A stretch of DNA of 63,184 nt, counting the filler, from Reclinomonas americana ATCC 50394 (lineage: Eukaryota), in assembly GCA_048213135.1 (NCBI GenBank). It is 14 parts of 14 records of this genome, joined end to end, with 100 filler letters (N's around TTAATTAATTAA, not from the genome) between each part and the next. Parts side by side here need not be neighbours in the genome. Positions count along the whole stretch, not along the records: positions 32,880 to 36,226 come from AFZH01021434.1; positions 36,327 to 48,176 come from AFZH01021435.1; 12 more parts are not named here. One strand, given 5' to 3'. The translations under genes were made by a program, and so were the position numbers. Positions within the stretch are counted from its first letter, which is position 1; each line of letters begins with the position of its first letter. Below are positions 34,468-48,276 of the stretch, one piece after another. The notes under the pieces are model-generated. The model did not search any database. It saw only the letters and a program-made list of their open reading frames with translations, and was not told where the DNA came from.

Positions 34468-35316
34468 TGCTGCGCACTGGTGGCGGCATGTGGGGTCTTG
34501 TGGTGTGGGGGTTGGTTGGTTGGTTGGTGAGGGTGTTATGGTGGTTGTGGTTGTGGTGGTGGTTGTGTTGTTTTGCGCAGCGAAGACGCATCTCTCTGTT
34601 CCGTGTCGCTTTCGGAGCAGTGGCGTACGGGGTGGTGGCAGTTTATTGGCGGTGATTTGCAAGGAGCGTCTATTCTAGTGTCGCTATCTGCGGGTCCCGT
34701 CGTTCTCCTTCTGTCGCCGCCCTGTGTGTTCCACTCACGAAGAGAGAGCGTTCTTCTGCTGCATATTGTCTTTTCTCAGTTGTCCTCGTGGTCTCTGTGT
34801 GGTCGCCGCTGGTGGTGCGTGCATCATGCCCTCATCTATCTCTCTCATTTTTTGGCAAATCGCCCCCGTGTTGGCTGTTACTCATCTTGGCGATTCGCTC
34901 GTTTGTGCGCCTGCTTGCGCTCGTGCTCTGTAATCCTCGACGCCTGGGTGGATACCCAGTGCGTTCTGCGGGCACGGCGTGTCGAGCGGTGCATGTTGCG
35001 GCCGTTTCGTCTGTGGGAGTTTTTTTCCTGGTAGTTGGGTGTGAGAGAGGGAGAGATGTGTGTGTGTGTGTGTTGTTTACTGCTGGTGTGAGTGTCGGCA
35101 GGGCTTTGCGAGGTCTGGTAGAGGAGAAAAATCCGTTTTTTAAGGAAGAAGCGAAAAACCCTAATCTGAAAAAAAGTGAAATCCGAAATCTGTTAAAAAC
35201 ACACTCTCGTGATGCATGTGCGGCGCGTACTCGATACATTGTTGTTCTCCCTACACACGCGCGGACAGCCGGCGGTGGCCACGGTGTGCTGTGCACTTGC
35301 CGTGTGTGCACCGTGT

Positions 35317-36150
35317 CTACTTGCGACTCCTGCCTGACGACGAAGCGCTGCCTCGCGACGACGACGACGACGCTGAGCCGGAGCCCTTCTTTGGGATGCC
35401 CAAATCACCCAGTGCATCGTCCAGCAGTCTTCCCACCTCGTCGGACGACATGGCATGTGAGCCCTTGGCTCCTGTCAGACCACACAATAAAAAAAAATCA
35501 GCACTCGCCACTCGTTTCTATCATGCACGACACGCGCAAGACAAAGTAACCTTGCGCGCCCGAATATGTTTGCTCCAAAAACTCGGCCAGCACGTAGTCT
35601 TCGCTGTCGTACATGCGCAAGAACGGGTGCTCTTGCTGCGCGATGTCGAGTAAACAAAAGCACTGTGGGTCAGCAAGACCATCTTCTTTCATCTAGAACA
35701 TGCTAGCCCGTACCAGCAGCTCGTGCGCCGTGGGCCGATCATGTGGCTCCTTTTGAAGACTGTGGCACGTAGAACGGTAGCAGTGAGTGGGCTGAGATAA
35801 TGACACAATGCCCTTGCCCCCAAACCGCCACGCTTGCAGACGCACCACATGGCCACAAAGCTCTGGAATTCCTCGCTGAAGCCGGCGTCCTCGGGCAGCT
35901 TTGGCGACGGGTATCGCTGGATGTTGGACAGCATCTCCCAGAAGCCAAGATTTTGTCTGCAGTGACCACAAGCAGTCAGTATCGCAAAGAAAATAGAAGG
36001 CGCCCCGACGCAGAGTCGCGACTCAACACAGAAGAGGCGGGCACGCTGCCGAGAGCACCCGGCAATCGCGGCATGCCGTCAACCTCGAATGCTGCACTGC
36101 CGTACGACGAGAAGCCGGTGGACGAGGCGAAGCCTGGAATGCGCACAGAG
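35317..36150 (-). CDS. MAP2K (STE7)-like kinase, C-terminal lobe (5'-partial)
   Basis: FWEMLSNIQRYPSPKLP..FSEEFQSFVAMCLQKEPHDRPTAHELL.HPFL. Confidence 0.75.
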
Positions 36151-36326
36151 GGGAGTTGAAAGTGAGCAACGCGATGATAACGTCAAGGTGCTCTCTCTTC
36201 CCGTCTCTCTGTTTCCTTCCTCGCGTNNNNNNNNNNNNNNNNNNNNNNNNNNNNNNNNNNNNNNNNNNNNTTAATTAATTAANNNNNNNNNNNNNNNNNN
36301 NNNNNNNNNNNNNNNNNNNNNNNNNN

Positions 36327-37001
36327 GAAGAGAGAGGGGAGAGAGGGAGGGAGAGGGGACGGGAGTGGTGATCGCCACTCACCAACACCACAGCAGTGGG
36401 AGTGGATGAGATTCGTTTGCAACTCCTCCAATCGGTCCAGCGTGATGCTGGTCTCGGCAAAGTTGCCGAATCTGCACACGGGGCAGGCAGTGAGTGGCTT
36501 GATAGCGACGAGAGTTAATAGGCACACACTATGATAAACACTGACGCACCCCGTGGTGATGCCATACACGACACGACCCTGGCGCACAATCTCATCGACG
36601 ACCGCTCGACCTCGACGCACGCGATCCATGGCCTCCTCCGCGATGCTCACTCGCACGTTGGAGTTGCGGAGACGCATCAGCGACTCGATGGTCAGCGACT
36701 CACCATCGAGCACCAGCTCATCCACGGGCGCATCGTGCACACATGTGGCCACGGTGGTGGCGGTGGCCGAGGACGCAGCCGATCCCGCAGGTGAGGCAGT
36801 TGACTGTGGCGACACTGCGAGACCGCTGCTGCTGCCGTCGCCTGCATGCGCGTGATGATGATGGTGGTCGTGGTGGGGGTGATCTGCGTTCGAAAACATC
36901 ATTGATTGAGATCCCAAGATGCACTCCTCAAACAGCGCAGCAGCGTGCGCGTGGGGGAGTTGTCTCTCTTTCTCTTTCTCTCTGTCTCTCTCCCATTCCA
37001 T
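36327..37001 (-). CDS. HAL: Histidine ammonia-lyase, N-terminal part
   Basis: LVLDGESLT, VVYGITTGFGNFA, LEELQTNLIHSHCCGVG. Confidence 0.92.
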
Positions 37002-37592
37002 TGCGTGGTGTGTGTGTGGGTGTGTGTGCGAAGGAAGAGAGAGATGGAGAGAGGAGGCAGAGAGAGTGTGTGCGTGTGTGTGTGAATGTGAGTACGTCAC
37101 AAGAAACCAACCACACATGATGACTCGATGCTTCGTGTGCGTCCCTGCGATTGCCGGTCGATGAAGTTGACTGTGAGTGTGGTGAGTGGGTGACGCGGGT
37201 GTGTGTGGTGCGTGCGCTCCTTGCTTCGGTTGTGAGTTTTCTCTTCGCGCCTTTTTTTGCGATTTTCAGTTTCAGGCGCAGTGACATCACATTGAAACAG
37301 TTCGTCTCCTCGCCGTCACATGCATTACGGCAGGCTGTCTGCTTACTTGCTGATAGCAGCCAGGCACGTGCATCCGGATCGGAGCCATGCAAGTGATCCA
37401 ACATGAGTTGCACCAGCCTGCAATTGTCTGTGCATGCGTTTCCATCTCTCTCTCGCACAAGGGTGTCTACCGCCTGAGACACCTTACAAAGCCCCCCCAT
37501 ACCGTAGCCAACCAAAGCCGCAGAGCCTTTCGTTGATGGACACTGCATGAATTTCCCTCTCGATCGCAGTGACGTCATTTTTGCCATTTACC

Positions 37593-39811
37593 ATGCAGAC
37601 TCGGAGGCTTGCCGCTCTCCTCCTGGCATTCCTCCTGTGCCACTATGTGGTCTCGCTTGTCACTGTAGTGGAGGCTGCCAAGGCCCCCAAGGCAGTCAGC
37701 AAGCAGGAAGAAGAGGACGACGACGACGACGAAGACAATGACGAGGGTTTGTCGCCACGTGTCAACGCACACACACATGCTTTGCGCTCTTCACGCTCAC
37801 TCGCATGCCATGTGCAGTGTTGATCATTGGCACACCAGAGGAGGACAGCAGCAGCAGCAGCAACAGCGATGGCGCAGAGCAAAAGAAAGAAGCAGCAGCA
37901 GATGAGAAGCAGAAGGAGGACGAGGTGCCACGATGCGACTCTGTGGACTCGTGCACCGAGGTCATCAGCAAGCACCCGAAGGACCCCGAGGCATATCTGG
38001 TGCGTGCCACCAACTTGGACGAGGAAGGCGATCGCGAGAGCTCGGAGGAGAAGCGACAGGTGTGTGTGCGTGCATTCGTGAGAGCATGAGAGAGAGTGAT
38101 GCACTGACCATGTTCCCACCCACAGGCCAAGTACACGCGTGCAGTGGCCGACATGAGCGAGTATTTCAAGCTGCGTGGCTTCCCCGTGGACAACCCCAAG
38201 TTCCCAGAATCAATGTCGGACCCCGCTCTCGGACCCATTCTGCACCGGTTCGGAACCATGGTGGAGCGACAGCACGACAACAAGACCGCCATTCGCTACT
38301 ACAAGCACGTGGTGGAGCTGTTGCCGGAGAGCGCCGCCGCCATGCATTCACTGGGCTTGGTGCTGTTCACGGAGCGACAGTTCGATGAGGCGCTCAAATT
38401 CTTCAACGAGGCGCTGGAGATCGATTCCGGCAACGTGGGCGTGTTGCACAACCGCGGTCTGTTGTACCTGAACGGCCTGAAGAAACCGAAGGAGGCGCTG
38501 AAGGATTTTGAAAAGTGCTTGAAGCTGGCGGTGGGTTGGCATCACACACGCAGACCCAAGCAGGCAATCGCTAAAACTCTCTGCGCAGCGCGATGACACC
38601 TCACTGCACTACCTGAGCCGTGGCATGGCTCTGGCTGCCTTGGAGAAGTTCCCCGAGGCACTCGCTGATTTCAACAAGGCCGTGGCAGAGGGCGGCACAA
38701 CTGAGCGGGGTGCGGTGAACCAGGATGTCTCCACAGGTGAGCGGGTTTCTCTTCGGCATTTCCCGTTTCTAATCTCACAGTACCTTTGTTGCAGCACTCT
38801 ACTATCGTGGTCTGACGCACACCAGCCTCGGAAACGCCGACATGGCGCTGCAAGACTTTTCCCAGACCCTCACCATGTCACCGCGAGACATTGGCAGTCT
38901 GCGTGCTCGTGGCAATGTGCTTGTCACCATGGGCAAGCTCCCGGAGGCTTTGCGCGACTTTAGCCGCATCATCAAGCTGAATCCCAACGACCCTGACGCG
39001 TACTACCGTCGCGGCCAGGTGCACATGCGATCGAATGAGGTCAAGAAGGCCTTCGAGGACTGTTGCGTGCTGTGCGATTGGCATATTCTTCATCTGCTCG
39101 ATCTCACACCATCGGGGAACGGCGGCGTAGACGACAAGGCACTGGAGTTGGCACCCTCCAACGTGCAGCTTATCTACGAAGTGGCCGTGGAGCATCACAA
39201 GCAGCGACACTTGAAGGACGCCAAGCGCCTCTACAATCGCGCGCTGCAGCTGGACCCGAATCGCGCCGATGTGCACTTTTCACGCGCGCAGCTGTACGTC
39301 GACCGCCACAAGCGCAACAAGGCACTGAAGGACTTTAACCGAGCGATTGAGCTCGATCCCGATGGCAAGGTACGTCGGGGTGAGACACTGCGTCGCTGCC
39401 GAAAGGGAGAAACAAACTGATATCTTCTTGCGTGTGCAAAAAAGACTGCCGCCTCGGCCTATCACTCGCGCGCCTCGCTGCTGGAGGAGATGGGCCGTCG
39501 CGAGGAGGCCTTCAAGGGCTACAACGAGGCCGTGTCGCTGGATCCCACCAACACGGTGGCGCTGTACAACCGCGCGCTGATGCATGAGCGCGTCAAGAGC
39601 TATGCCGAGGCCAGAGCCGACTTTTCCCGTGTGATTGAGCTCAGTCCCAAGTGGCCAGTGGCCTACACGAACCGGTGCAAAGTCAACATGGCGAGCGGAC
39701 GCATGGCCGACGCTCTGGTCGACTGCACCAAGGCCATTGACTTGCTCGGCGACCAGGTGAGAGAGTGTCGGCGGGGAGCAAGTGTGTTGCTTTGCTGTTG
39801 TCACACTCACA

Positions 39812-39844
<33 letters not shown>

Positions 39845-40012
39845 AAGGCCGGTTGGGACGTGTATCTGTTCCGTGGCCAGATCAACCAGCAGTTGTTCAA
39901 CGACGAGGCCGCACTGAAGGACTACGAAACATGCCTCACCAAGAATCCACCGAAGCATGCTGTGAAACAGGTCAAGGCGTTCCGCAACCGCGCAAAGAGG
40001 GCCACCTACTGA
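37593..40012 (+). CDS. Signal-peptide-bearing TPR protein
   Basis: Hydrophobic leader, acidic stretch, then many TPRs (DPDAYYRRG, ALKDFNRAIELDP, ARADFSRVIELSP). Confidence 0.88.
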
Positions 40013-40075
40013 GACGGAAGAGCGTCCAGTAACAGCAAAAGCAGTAAAAAAACGTACAATGGCGAGGGGCGACCG

Positions 40076-43000
40076 CTAAACGAAAAATCTCTCAAACAGC
40101 GCATGCGCGTCATTCTCTCTGGCCAGCTCCTCCCGGTTCTCCGAGTTGAGCTGCAGCAATCTCCCCACGTCTCCGTGCAGAGTGCTCAGTACGTCAGCAT
40201 ACGCGGCCACCATGGCCTCGTGATATCTGTCCTCGCGAGGTGTGCTCAGCATGGACGACGTGCCACTGGCCGAGTGACCCGGTGCCACAATCACGCGCGG
40301 TGACGAGGCGGCAGAGAAATCGTCGGCCGACAACACGGAGCTGATGGGTCGCGACGGTAAAGGAAGTGGCGTGGCCACGGAAATGTGTGTTGGCGAACTG
40401 GCCGTCACCGTGATCGTCTTGGCCACACGTGCCACCGGCGCAATGGGTGCCACGGCCGCCGCAGTAGCAGGAGCAAAGGAGGGAGATGGGGAGCGGAAAA
40501 GCGGAGACGATGAGCGGAATCCTCGTGCCGACGAGGTGGCGTGCGTGAGCAGATGCATCGACGGTGATTCCGTGTCGGTGCGCGGCGACGACTGCAGCGA
40601 CGACGACATTCGTGATGACTGCAGACGTGCGTGAGCAGCGGTGCGAAACACACACAAAACACAAGGCGCGACCGACATACCTTGCGCTCTCGGCGTTCGC
40701 GACGAACACGTGACTTGCGAATGTCGCCGGTAAGATTCACCAACTCGTCGACGTCAATCACCGGCGCCGGCGACTCGGCCTGTGAACGGAAGGATTGTCA
40801 GAGGTCGGCTATCACAATGAAGCATGAGGTGCATGACGCAACTCGACGAAGGCGACGCTGCTGCAGGTGCGAGCGAACAGTCTCCTCCACAATGGATCTC
40901 GTCACCAGCGACACGGGCGACTCGTGGGCTGCACCAATGCACACACGCAGAGTGAGATCACCAACATTACAAGCATTTGCATAGAGAGAGTGCATGCACA
41001 CCATCATCGGCATCGTACTGCGCCAACTTGGCCAGTGGTGACGCCCGTACGTCGTCGTCACTGTCGTCGAGCCGTGCATTTCTCTGCGGGCAGAAAGCAA
41101 TGTCAGCCGGCAAACTGGTACGTCTCAAGACACACAAAGGAGGACGCACTGCTGGACCGATCGCCAGTCGTCCTTCGCGGAAGAGTACCGACTGACGCAA
41201 ATGCGACCGCACGTCATCAAACACTGCCGGCACACGCGTGCGTGAATGTCATAGTTTCGACAACCACAGAGGAGAACAAAAAGGCATACGCAACAAGCCG
41301 ATGGTCTCTCGCGTTCTGGTGGTGGCGGCCGTGCGGCAAAAGCACGATCGATACGATTGTAGAAACGCTCGAGTCGCGACAGCACTCGGTCGGCCACTTG
41401 CACCACGGCCTTTTCTGTCACTGACGCTTCGCCAACTGACTGTGAGTCTTGCGCGACCGCATCGCGTCGCTCATCCACCGATCCACTCCCGAGTGACAGC
41501 GTGTCTTCCGGCAATGCAGGCGTCGTCTCCTCTTGCCGCGACACTGCGTCTTGTGCGCGCACCAGCGTGTTGCGCACAGTCTCCTCCAAGCGTCGACGAG
41601 AGGTGGGCGAGAGTGCATCCACCGGCAGCGCCGGCTTGATGCGTTCGCGCCGTGGTGAGGGCGAGCGGACGGCGATCTCCCGGTCGGACTGCACCACCTG
41701 CTGTCGCGTGGGCTCGCCTCCATTGTACAACTTGCGCGCTCGGGCTCGGGCCGCCGCTAATCTGCGCAGCTTGTGCTCGGGCGAGACACCTTGCTGAAAC
41801 TCTTGCAAATCGACGCCCGTCGGAGCGGTGCGAGTCGGTCGCCAGTGCCGATTTGGTGATGGAGAGCGGAGACGGGCTGCAGGGCTGGGAGATCGCATAC
41901 CGGCACCGCGGGCCGATCGATCGCCATGCGATGGCCGAGGAGATGGCATCGAGTTGCTCGACGGTCGTGGAGACGGCAATCCGGAGCTGTGTGGTGAAGG
42001 ACCCGTCGAGCTGCGTGCCGCCGACGGTGGTCTCTGCGGCAACGACAGCGACGACACAAGCGACTGGCCGCCTGGACCGCGCGCCGTCTGCTCCACTGTG
42101 TTTGGTGGGGCTGGTGGGACAACCTGCGGCGGTGGTGAGAACTCTCGACACAAAAAAACGAGCCGGGTCACGCAGAATGCACCTTGGTGGCACTGTCAGT
42201 CGACGCTGGGGGTGGTGGTGCGTTACTCGCCAGTTGCACGGGCGGATTGGCAATCACACTGAACTGGATCTCGCGCAACAAGTCCGCATTCATGTCCACA
42301 TCGCCGAAATCGTCGTCGTCATCCTCTGTTCACCGCAGTCATTTTTCCAGTGCCACACACATCGCAGCGGGTGCGGCAAACAACGCACCAAGATCATCGT
42401 TTCCCGGCATGCCAAAGCTGGCCTCAATGTCCTCCCACAGGAACTGGAACTGCGGATCCACATCGCCGTGCTCGTCGGCCAGGGGCGGAAAGAACTGCGT
42501 CCCGAGTGAATCGATGCACAGCGATCTGGGGGGATAGAAGCCAGAAGTGCATGTTAGAGAGGTGTCATCGGCGGCAGGTCTCCCTCAGCGCAGGCGAGGC
42601 GCAACTGTAGCAGCGAGTCGTGCTCCTCCACCACCGCCGGATGCATCAACAGGAGCGCCATCTGGTTATCCGTGAGGTTGGCCTGTGCGCATTCCACCTC
42701 CAGCTCGCGGATCTGCGACTCGAGTTGCTGCCGCCGGTGCACCAAGTGCTGCTGCACCGCATCGCTACACACCAACGAGATGAGGGACTTGCGTGTATGA
42801 GAACACACGAGCAGGCGCAGCAAACGCAACAGCAGCTTGCGCTCCGCCGTGTCAATCGACTCTCTCTCCTCCGCAAACGCCGCACGCAGCATGTTCAGCA
42901 CATCGCTGACGGCACTATCGGTGGCCAGCTGCACGATGGATCGTCGTCAATACAGACACACTCGTGACAGAACACACACACACTCGCCAAAGACGCACCA

Positions 43001-43380
43001 CTGACATGCCACGGCGCACGATAAAGTCCCGCGTATGCGAGTGCAACACCGCACGCTGCCGTCGCATGCATCGTTCACGATGCCCACTGTTGTTGGGTGT
43101 AACGACTCGCACTTCAGAAAAATGAACACAACTCCTTTGCTTCTCTCACACAAAGACACTGACCGGAAGTACATCTGCAGCGCACGCTGTCGCCCGTAAT
43201 AGTCGATAAAGAGCAGGAACAGCTCGCGGCGACAGACCACCAAGCGCGTCACCAGCGAAGTGCACTCGCGAAGTCGCTGAAGAACTGCGCGTTTGTTTCC
43301 TTCGTGAGTGGCACACACAACAGAGAGGGGTGGAGGAAGGCGGAGAAGAAGGGCATACCGTCATCCGCGGTCGCGTCCAT
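40076..43380 (-). CDS. Hypothetical multi-exon protein with coiled coils and a Ser/Pro/Arg-rich region
   Basis: Long open exons (41125-42171, 40076-40678) bounded by GT/AG; no family recognised. Confidence 0.6.
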
Positions 43381-43474
43381 TCGAGCAGGGAGAGTGACTG
43401 ACGCGAGCAAGTGAAGTGTGGTCCCGCCGTTTTTGTCATCATCACCATCATAGCGATTCGGGAGCGCGCGCAGA

Positions 43475-46354
43475 ATGGCTGCGCCAGCCGACTCGACCTC
43501 CAGTCGACGCGGCATGCATCAGCGCGCCACCTCTGATCGTCTCGTGGGCGACGATGAGGACGGCACCACTCACACGACGACCACCTCATCGTCGACTGCG
43601 ACACGAGTGCTGACAACGCGACGTGCGCGTCTGCGACTCAAGCACCGCACGCCATCGTTCATTGGGCGCGATCCACCGCCGCCGGCGTCGGCGTATGATG
43701 TCGTGGATCATCGTCTGCTGGTCGATGCTTTGCAGCAGCACCAGCGGGAGGCTGCTGATGTGGCGAGTGCAGACGATCATCATCACAGTGAGGCGTCCAT
43801 GGCTGCGGCACGCAAGGCCTCCATCCCGGCCTCGGTGTTCCAGGTTTGTGTGTGTGTCATGGTCATGGCGCGTACGCGCGCGCGCCCTCTTTTCGTGTTG
43901 CTCACTCGTGCGGTGGTGTTTGTGTGTTAGTACTTGTGCTTGGTGTTCCCGACAGAGAGCCCAACATCCGGTCGAAAGCGACGACAGAGCAACGTGTTGG
44001 AGGTGCGTGTCTGTGCATGATGTATTGAGTATTGTGTGTTGTTGGGGTCGGTTGTGTGCGATGCTCAGTTCTTGTGTGCCAGGCGAACCCCGAGGTGCCT
44101 GAGTTTGTCGACTATCTGCTCCAGTACGGCGGCAAGCCGCGGAAAGGAATCGCCGATGAGTTTGTGCATCGCCGTCATCCCGCGGCCGCTGACGATGACG
44201 ATGACGACGAAGATGAGGATGATGATGATGATGACGATGAGGATGGCGAGGGCTTCTTTGATGTGCCCACGTTCTTGCCGATCGAGGCGCGGCTGGAGCA
44301 GACCATTACAGAGTGTGAGTGTGATTTGGATTGGATGGGAGGGCCTTTCTTGGTACCAGCGGTGATTCGATGTGTGTGCTCACACATCGGTGCACGCTCA
44401 CGCAGTGGATACGCTGTTGTTGGCCGACTCGACGTCGGCGGGAGGCAGTCGTGTGGTGTCGCCCACAGCGAGTCGTATCGTGTCGAATCGGGCGTCGCAG
44501 GAACCGTTCTCACCGACCGGAATGGTGATGAGTGCGGCAACAATGACGGCGGCGGGAGCGGCGACGACGGCGACTGGGACTGCCGCGGGGCCGGATGAGG
44601 CCGGTCGTGCGGCGCCGTTGCCGCTCGACTCGGCCACGCCGCCGTCACTCCTCTCCACGTCGATGTTTGCGCCGTTGTTGCCGCCTCCGCCGGCGTTTCA
44701 TCGTCGCGACAGCTCCACCGAGGCACTTGCAGTGCCGTCCTCACCCAACGGGAAGCTGTCGGCCACAAGTGCGCCGCTGGCGCCGTGGGCGACGCAGACG
44801 ACAACCACCACCACCACTACGACAACGACGACCACAACGACGACCACAACCGCCGTTCCGTCGACCGCCGACATGGAGCGCATGGTCCACTTTGAACAGC
44901 AGCAGCAGGCTGAGCTGCTGCGTGAGCTGGTGGGACTCTTTCTGCAGATCGAGACCGAGGTCGGTGGGCGGAGTACCACAGCTGACGCTCTGCTGCGCGA
45001 GGCATGGGATTTGCTCGGTGCTTTGTGTGGACAAGGCATCGAGTCGTTGCTGTCGGCGAAGCAGCCGGCACACAAGCTTGCCGCCTTGCAATCCTCGCCA
45101 CCGCCACCCGCGCCTTCATTACTCGCATCGCCAGCGCCTGCAGTACGAGACACGACAGTTGCTGTCGCACACAACCACAACCACAACCACAACAACTCCT
45201 TGTACAGTAGCGACGCCAGCATGCCGAGACCAGTGCCGTCCATGTCGCTGGATTCGCTCGCCGGTCGCGCGATGCCCATGTTGCCACCACCCGCCCCTCC
45301 GTCGCCCGGGGAGCGGTCACGCCGGCCGCTTTTCGATCCGCTCGAGGCCAAGGTGGTGACGGAGCGTGCGGTGCCGCTGCCGCCGCCACCACGACAGCCC
45401 ACGTGGTCACACGAGCCAACCGCCGCCCCTACCTCGTCTGCGCAGAGTGTGCATGCCGCTTCTTCTTTGTCGGATATGGTGTTTGTTCCGCCACCACGGT
45501 ACAGTGCCAGTCGACCACCGCTGCCGCCGCCGGCGTTTGGCACGCCGCCCAAGGCGCCCATGAGTGGTTCCGATGCGACCAAGTTGGCGCCGTCAGTCTT
45601 GTCGGTGCCGACGCATCCCGTCGTGTACTCGCCACCACTGCGCACACCAGTGCTGTCGATGTTTGCCACGCCACAGCCTGCAATCATGGATGCGACGACG
45701 CTGCGTTCCTCCGCTTCTTCCACCACAGTCACCGGCACCGCTGGCGGCACCATCGGCGCCTCGTTGACGGCTTCTGGCGGCACGCTGCCGTCGCCTCCGC
45801 TGTCGGCTGGCTCGTCGACCTATCTCAGTGCACACTCGACCTCGCCATACACCACCACGCCCATGTCGCCCGTGTCGACATTCGACGTGCACAAGCAGTA
45901 CCAGCGACTGTTGATTTCGACGGCAGATTCACCAGTGTCGGCACCACTGTCGCCTCTGGCGATGCCGTCGCCCTCGACTTTTGTTCCGCCCGACGACAAG
46001 GGCGCCTTTAATCATCTGGAGGCCGCCGTGCACACATCGTTCCACCAGACTCGCTCGTCGCTGCTCAATTTCCGCGATCTGTGGTCATCGGTCGACACCT
46101 CGCTGCACCGGCTGCGAGCGATGCTGGACGACATCAAGCCCGGCAGCGGCAGCAGCGTCGCCAGCTCCACCACTGTGCCTCCGACACCATCGCACGCGCG
46201 TCCGTCACTCGTCAGTCCGCCCACGTTCCGTCGCACGGTTACTCCACTGCCGTCGCCGCTGGCGGCGCCCGGCGTTACTCGTCGCGGATCAGGCTCTGCG
46301 CCGTCGCTGCGTCACTTTACCGACGTCAGCAACACCAATGCGTACGTGCGATAG
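43475..46354 (+). CDS. Hypothetical Pro/Ser/Thr-rich protein
   Basis: Several short exons plus a ~1.95-kb terminal exon (660-aa ORF) with poly-Thr. Confidence 0.65.
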
Positions 46355-46616
46355 GAGCGCGATAGTATTTTCCTTCATGTTGTTGTTGTTGTTGTAGTAG
46401 TTCTTTCTTTGGGCCGCGCGCCACTGCAATGGCCGCGTGCTCACTCTTGTCATTTTTGCTGTAGTGTTGATGTTTTTGCTGTATCATTGTAGATGATCAA
46501 TTCGCCAAGTGTTCCACACCCTGTCACGAAGTGCTGCGCTGGCGTTACACTCGTTTTCTCACTTGTGTGCCTCTCTCTCTCTTCTCGCCCTCTATTGTGG
46601 TGGGTCCACAGTCTGT

Positions 46617-47752
46617 TTAAAAGTGTGTCGAGTCAATCAGGCTTGATGTGCCTACGCTCTCACCCAGATCGTTGCCGTCGTGCAACTCGTGCGTGTCGCG
46701 AGTGGCTTCGGCGAACTTGGAGGCTTTTGACGGTGACAGCAGAGGTGCCGCCAGTCGCTCGCTGAAGCCAGGCAGCTTTGGCCGGCGAGCAGCATATCGC
46801 TGGGCCGCATCCTGCAGGAATCGCCGTGCCTCGGCGGCACCCTGGAACTCACCGACCTTGACTTGGTGTCCCTCGCCGGCCTTGTAATCGCGGAAAAACT
46901 GGCGCAGCTCGGCCAGCGTGTGCGGCTGCAACTCGTCCATCGACGAGTAGCCGTTGTAGCTCGGGTCGTCGAGGTGGACGCAGATGACCTGTTGGCAGGA
47001 GGAGAGAGAGTTTGAGGCACACTGAGACAGAAGAGTGGGACGGCAACGGTACAGACCTTGTGATCGACGACTCCATTGTCGGTGACCTCCAAGAGGCCAA
47101 TCGGTCGCGCACGCAGGATCGAGAGTGGGAACACGCGCTCAGACATCATAATGAGTGCGTCGACAGGCGATCCGTCTCCCGACACTGTGTACGTGGGATT
47201 TGAGTTGTCAACCTCCCATTGCGGCATGCAAGAGCCGGGAAAACACACACAAACGCAACGTGTCTGCGGCACAATGCCATCTGCTCACCAAGACGGGAAA
47301 GCGAGGGTGAGCGAGCTTGCAAGTGGGAGATGATCATCAGCGACTTGCTGGAACGCACAATTGTGGGGATACATCATGGACGAGGAGAGCACGCGGTTCA
47401 CGCGCAGCAGTCCCGTGGGCAAGTCCAGCTCGTACTTGACTGGAAGCACGGGAGAGGGAAAGGGAGGGAAAGGGAGAGAGAGTGAGGGATTAGGAAAGAA
47501 CACTTCTGGCAAGTTGCGAGACAACTCAAACCTTTCGAGCCTTGTGGCGACTCGACGACGGCATTGACTTCAAGCAGCTGTGCAATAGACAAGAGAAGAG
47601 AAGAGGAGGCGAGGATTGGCGGTGAGCGAGTGGGGGAACACAGTTTGCAGCAGTCGATGCAGTTGGATTGCGTTTTTCTTGTGTGTCTTTGGCCAACGTA
47701 CCTCGTCAGTGGCGTCTGAGAGCAGGATGCCGTGCCAGGGGTGAGAGGACAT
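46617..47752 (-). CDS. Family I soluble inorganic pyrophosphatase, prokaryotic/plant-cytosolic type
   Basis: HPWHG, VVESPQGSKVKYELD, YPHNYGIVPQTL, RARPIG, DHKVICV..DDP.Y, FFRDYK. Confidence 0.92.
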
Positions 47753-48276
47753 TGTGTGCGTTGTGAAGGGGTAGAGGGGTGAGTGTGGGGTTGGGGTTGG
47801 CGATCCTCTCTCGCTCGATGAAGAAAAGTAGTGCAATCGTCCCGAATCGGATCAAACCGCGCCGAACTTTTCGGGCAAAAAAACACGGTTACATTTTGCC
47901 GCAAACACAGACACACACAGAGAGAGAAAGGGAGAAATGCAGAAGCGAGAAAAGAGTCACAAGGGAACAAAAGGAAGGACACACCGGGCAAAGTAGTTTG
48001 TAGAAATGAGCAACACACGAGAAACAGGAAAAACGGAAACCACCGCGACCAATTTCTACGTGTCCAAAAGAAGCGGTGCCTTTCTTACACCAGTGGCGCT
48101 CGCCTGTGTTCGCGTATCTGCAACGTCCTTTGGGTCAGCCAGAAGAGGAGGCGTATTAACAAACGAGCACAACAAANNNNNNNNNNNNNNNNNNNNNNNN
48201 NNNNNNNNNNNNNNNNNNNNTTAATTAATTAANNNNNNNNNNNNNNNNNNNNNNNNNNNNNNNNNNNNNNNNNNNN

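Noticed and set aside
35155..35165. AAACCCTAAT telomere/telo-box motif
   Set aside because: Single copy between convergent genes; chance is likely.
39061..39130. Non-canonical TT donors (G|TTGCGT)
   Set aside because: GT..AG boundaries restore frame and consensus (EDYDKAL); a TT start would need non-AG acceptors.
44698..45783. Long antisense ORFs (also 33642-34334, 41652-42509)
   Set aside because: Shadows of GC-rich low-complexity exons on the other strand.
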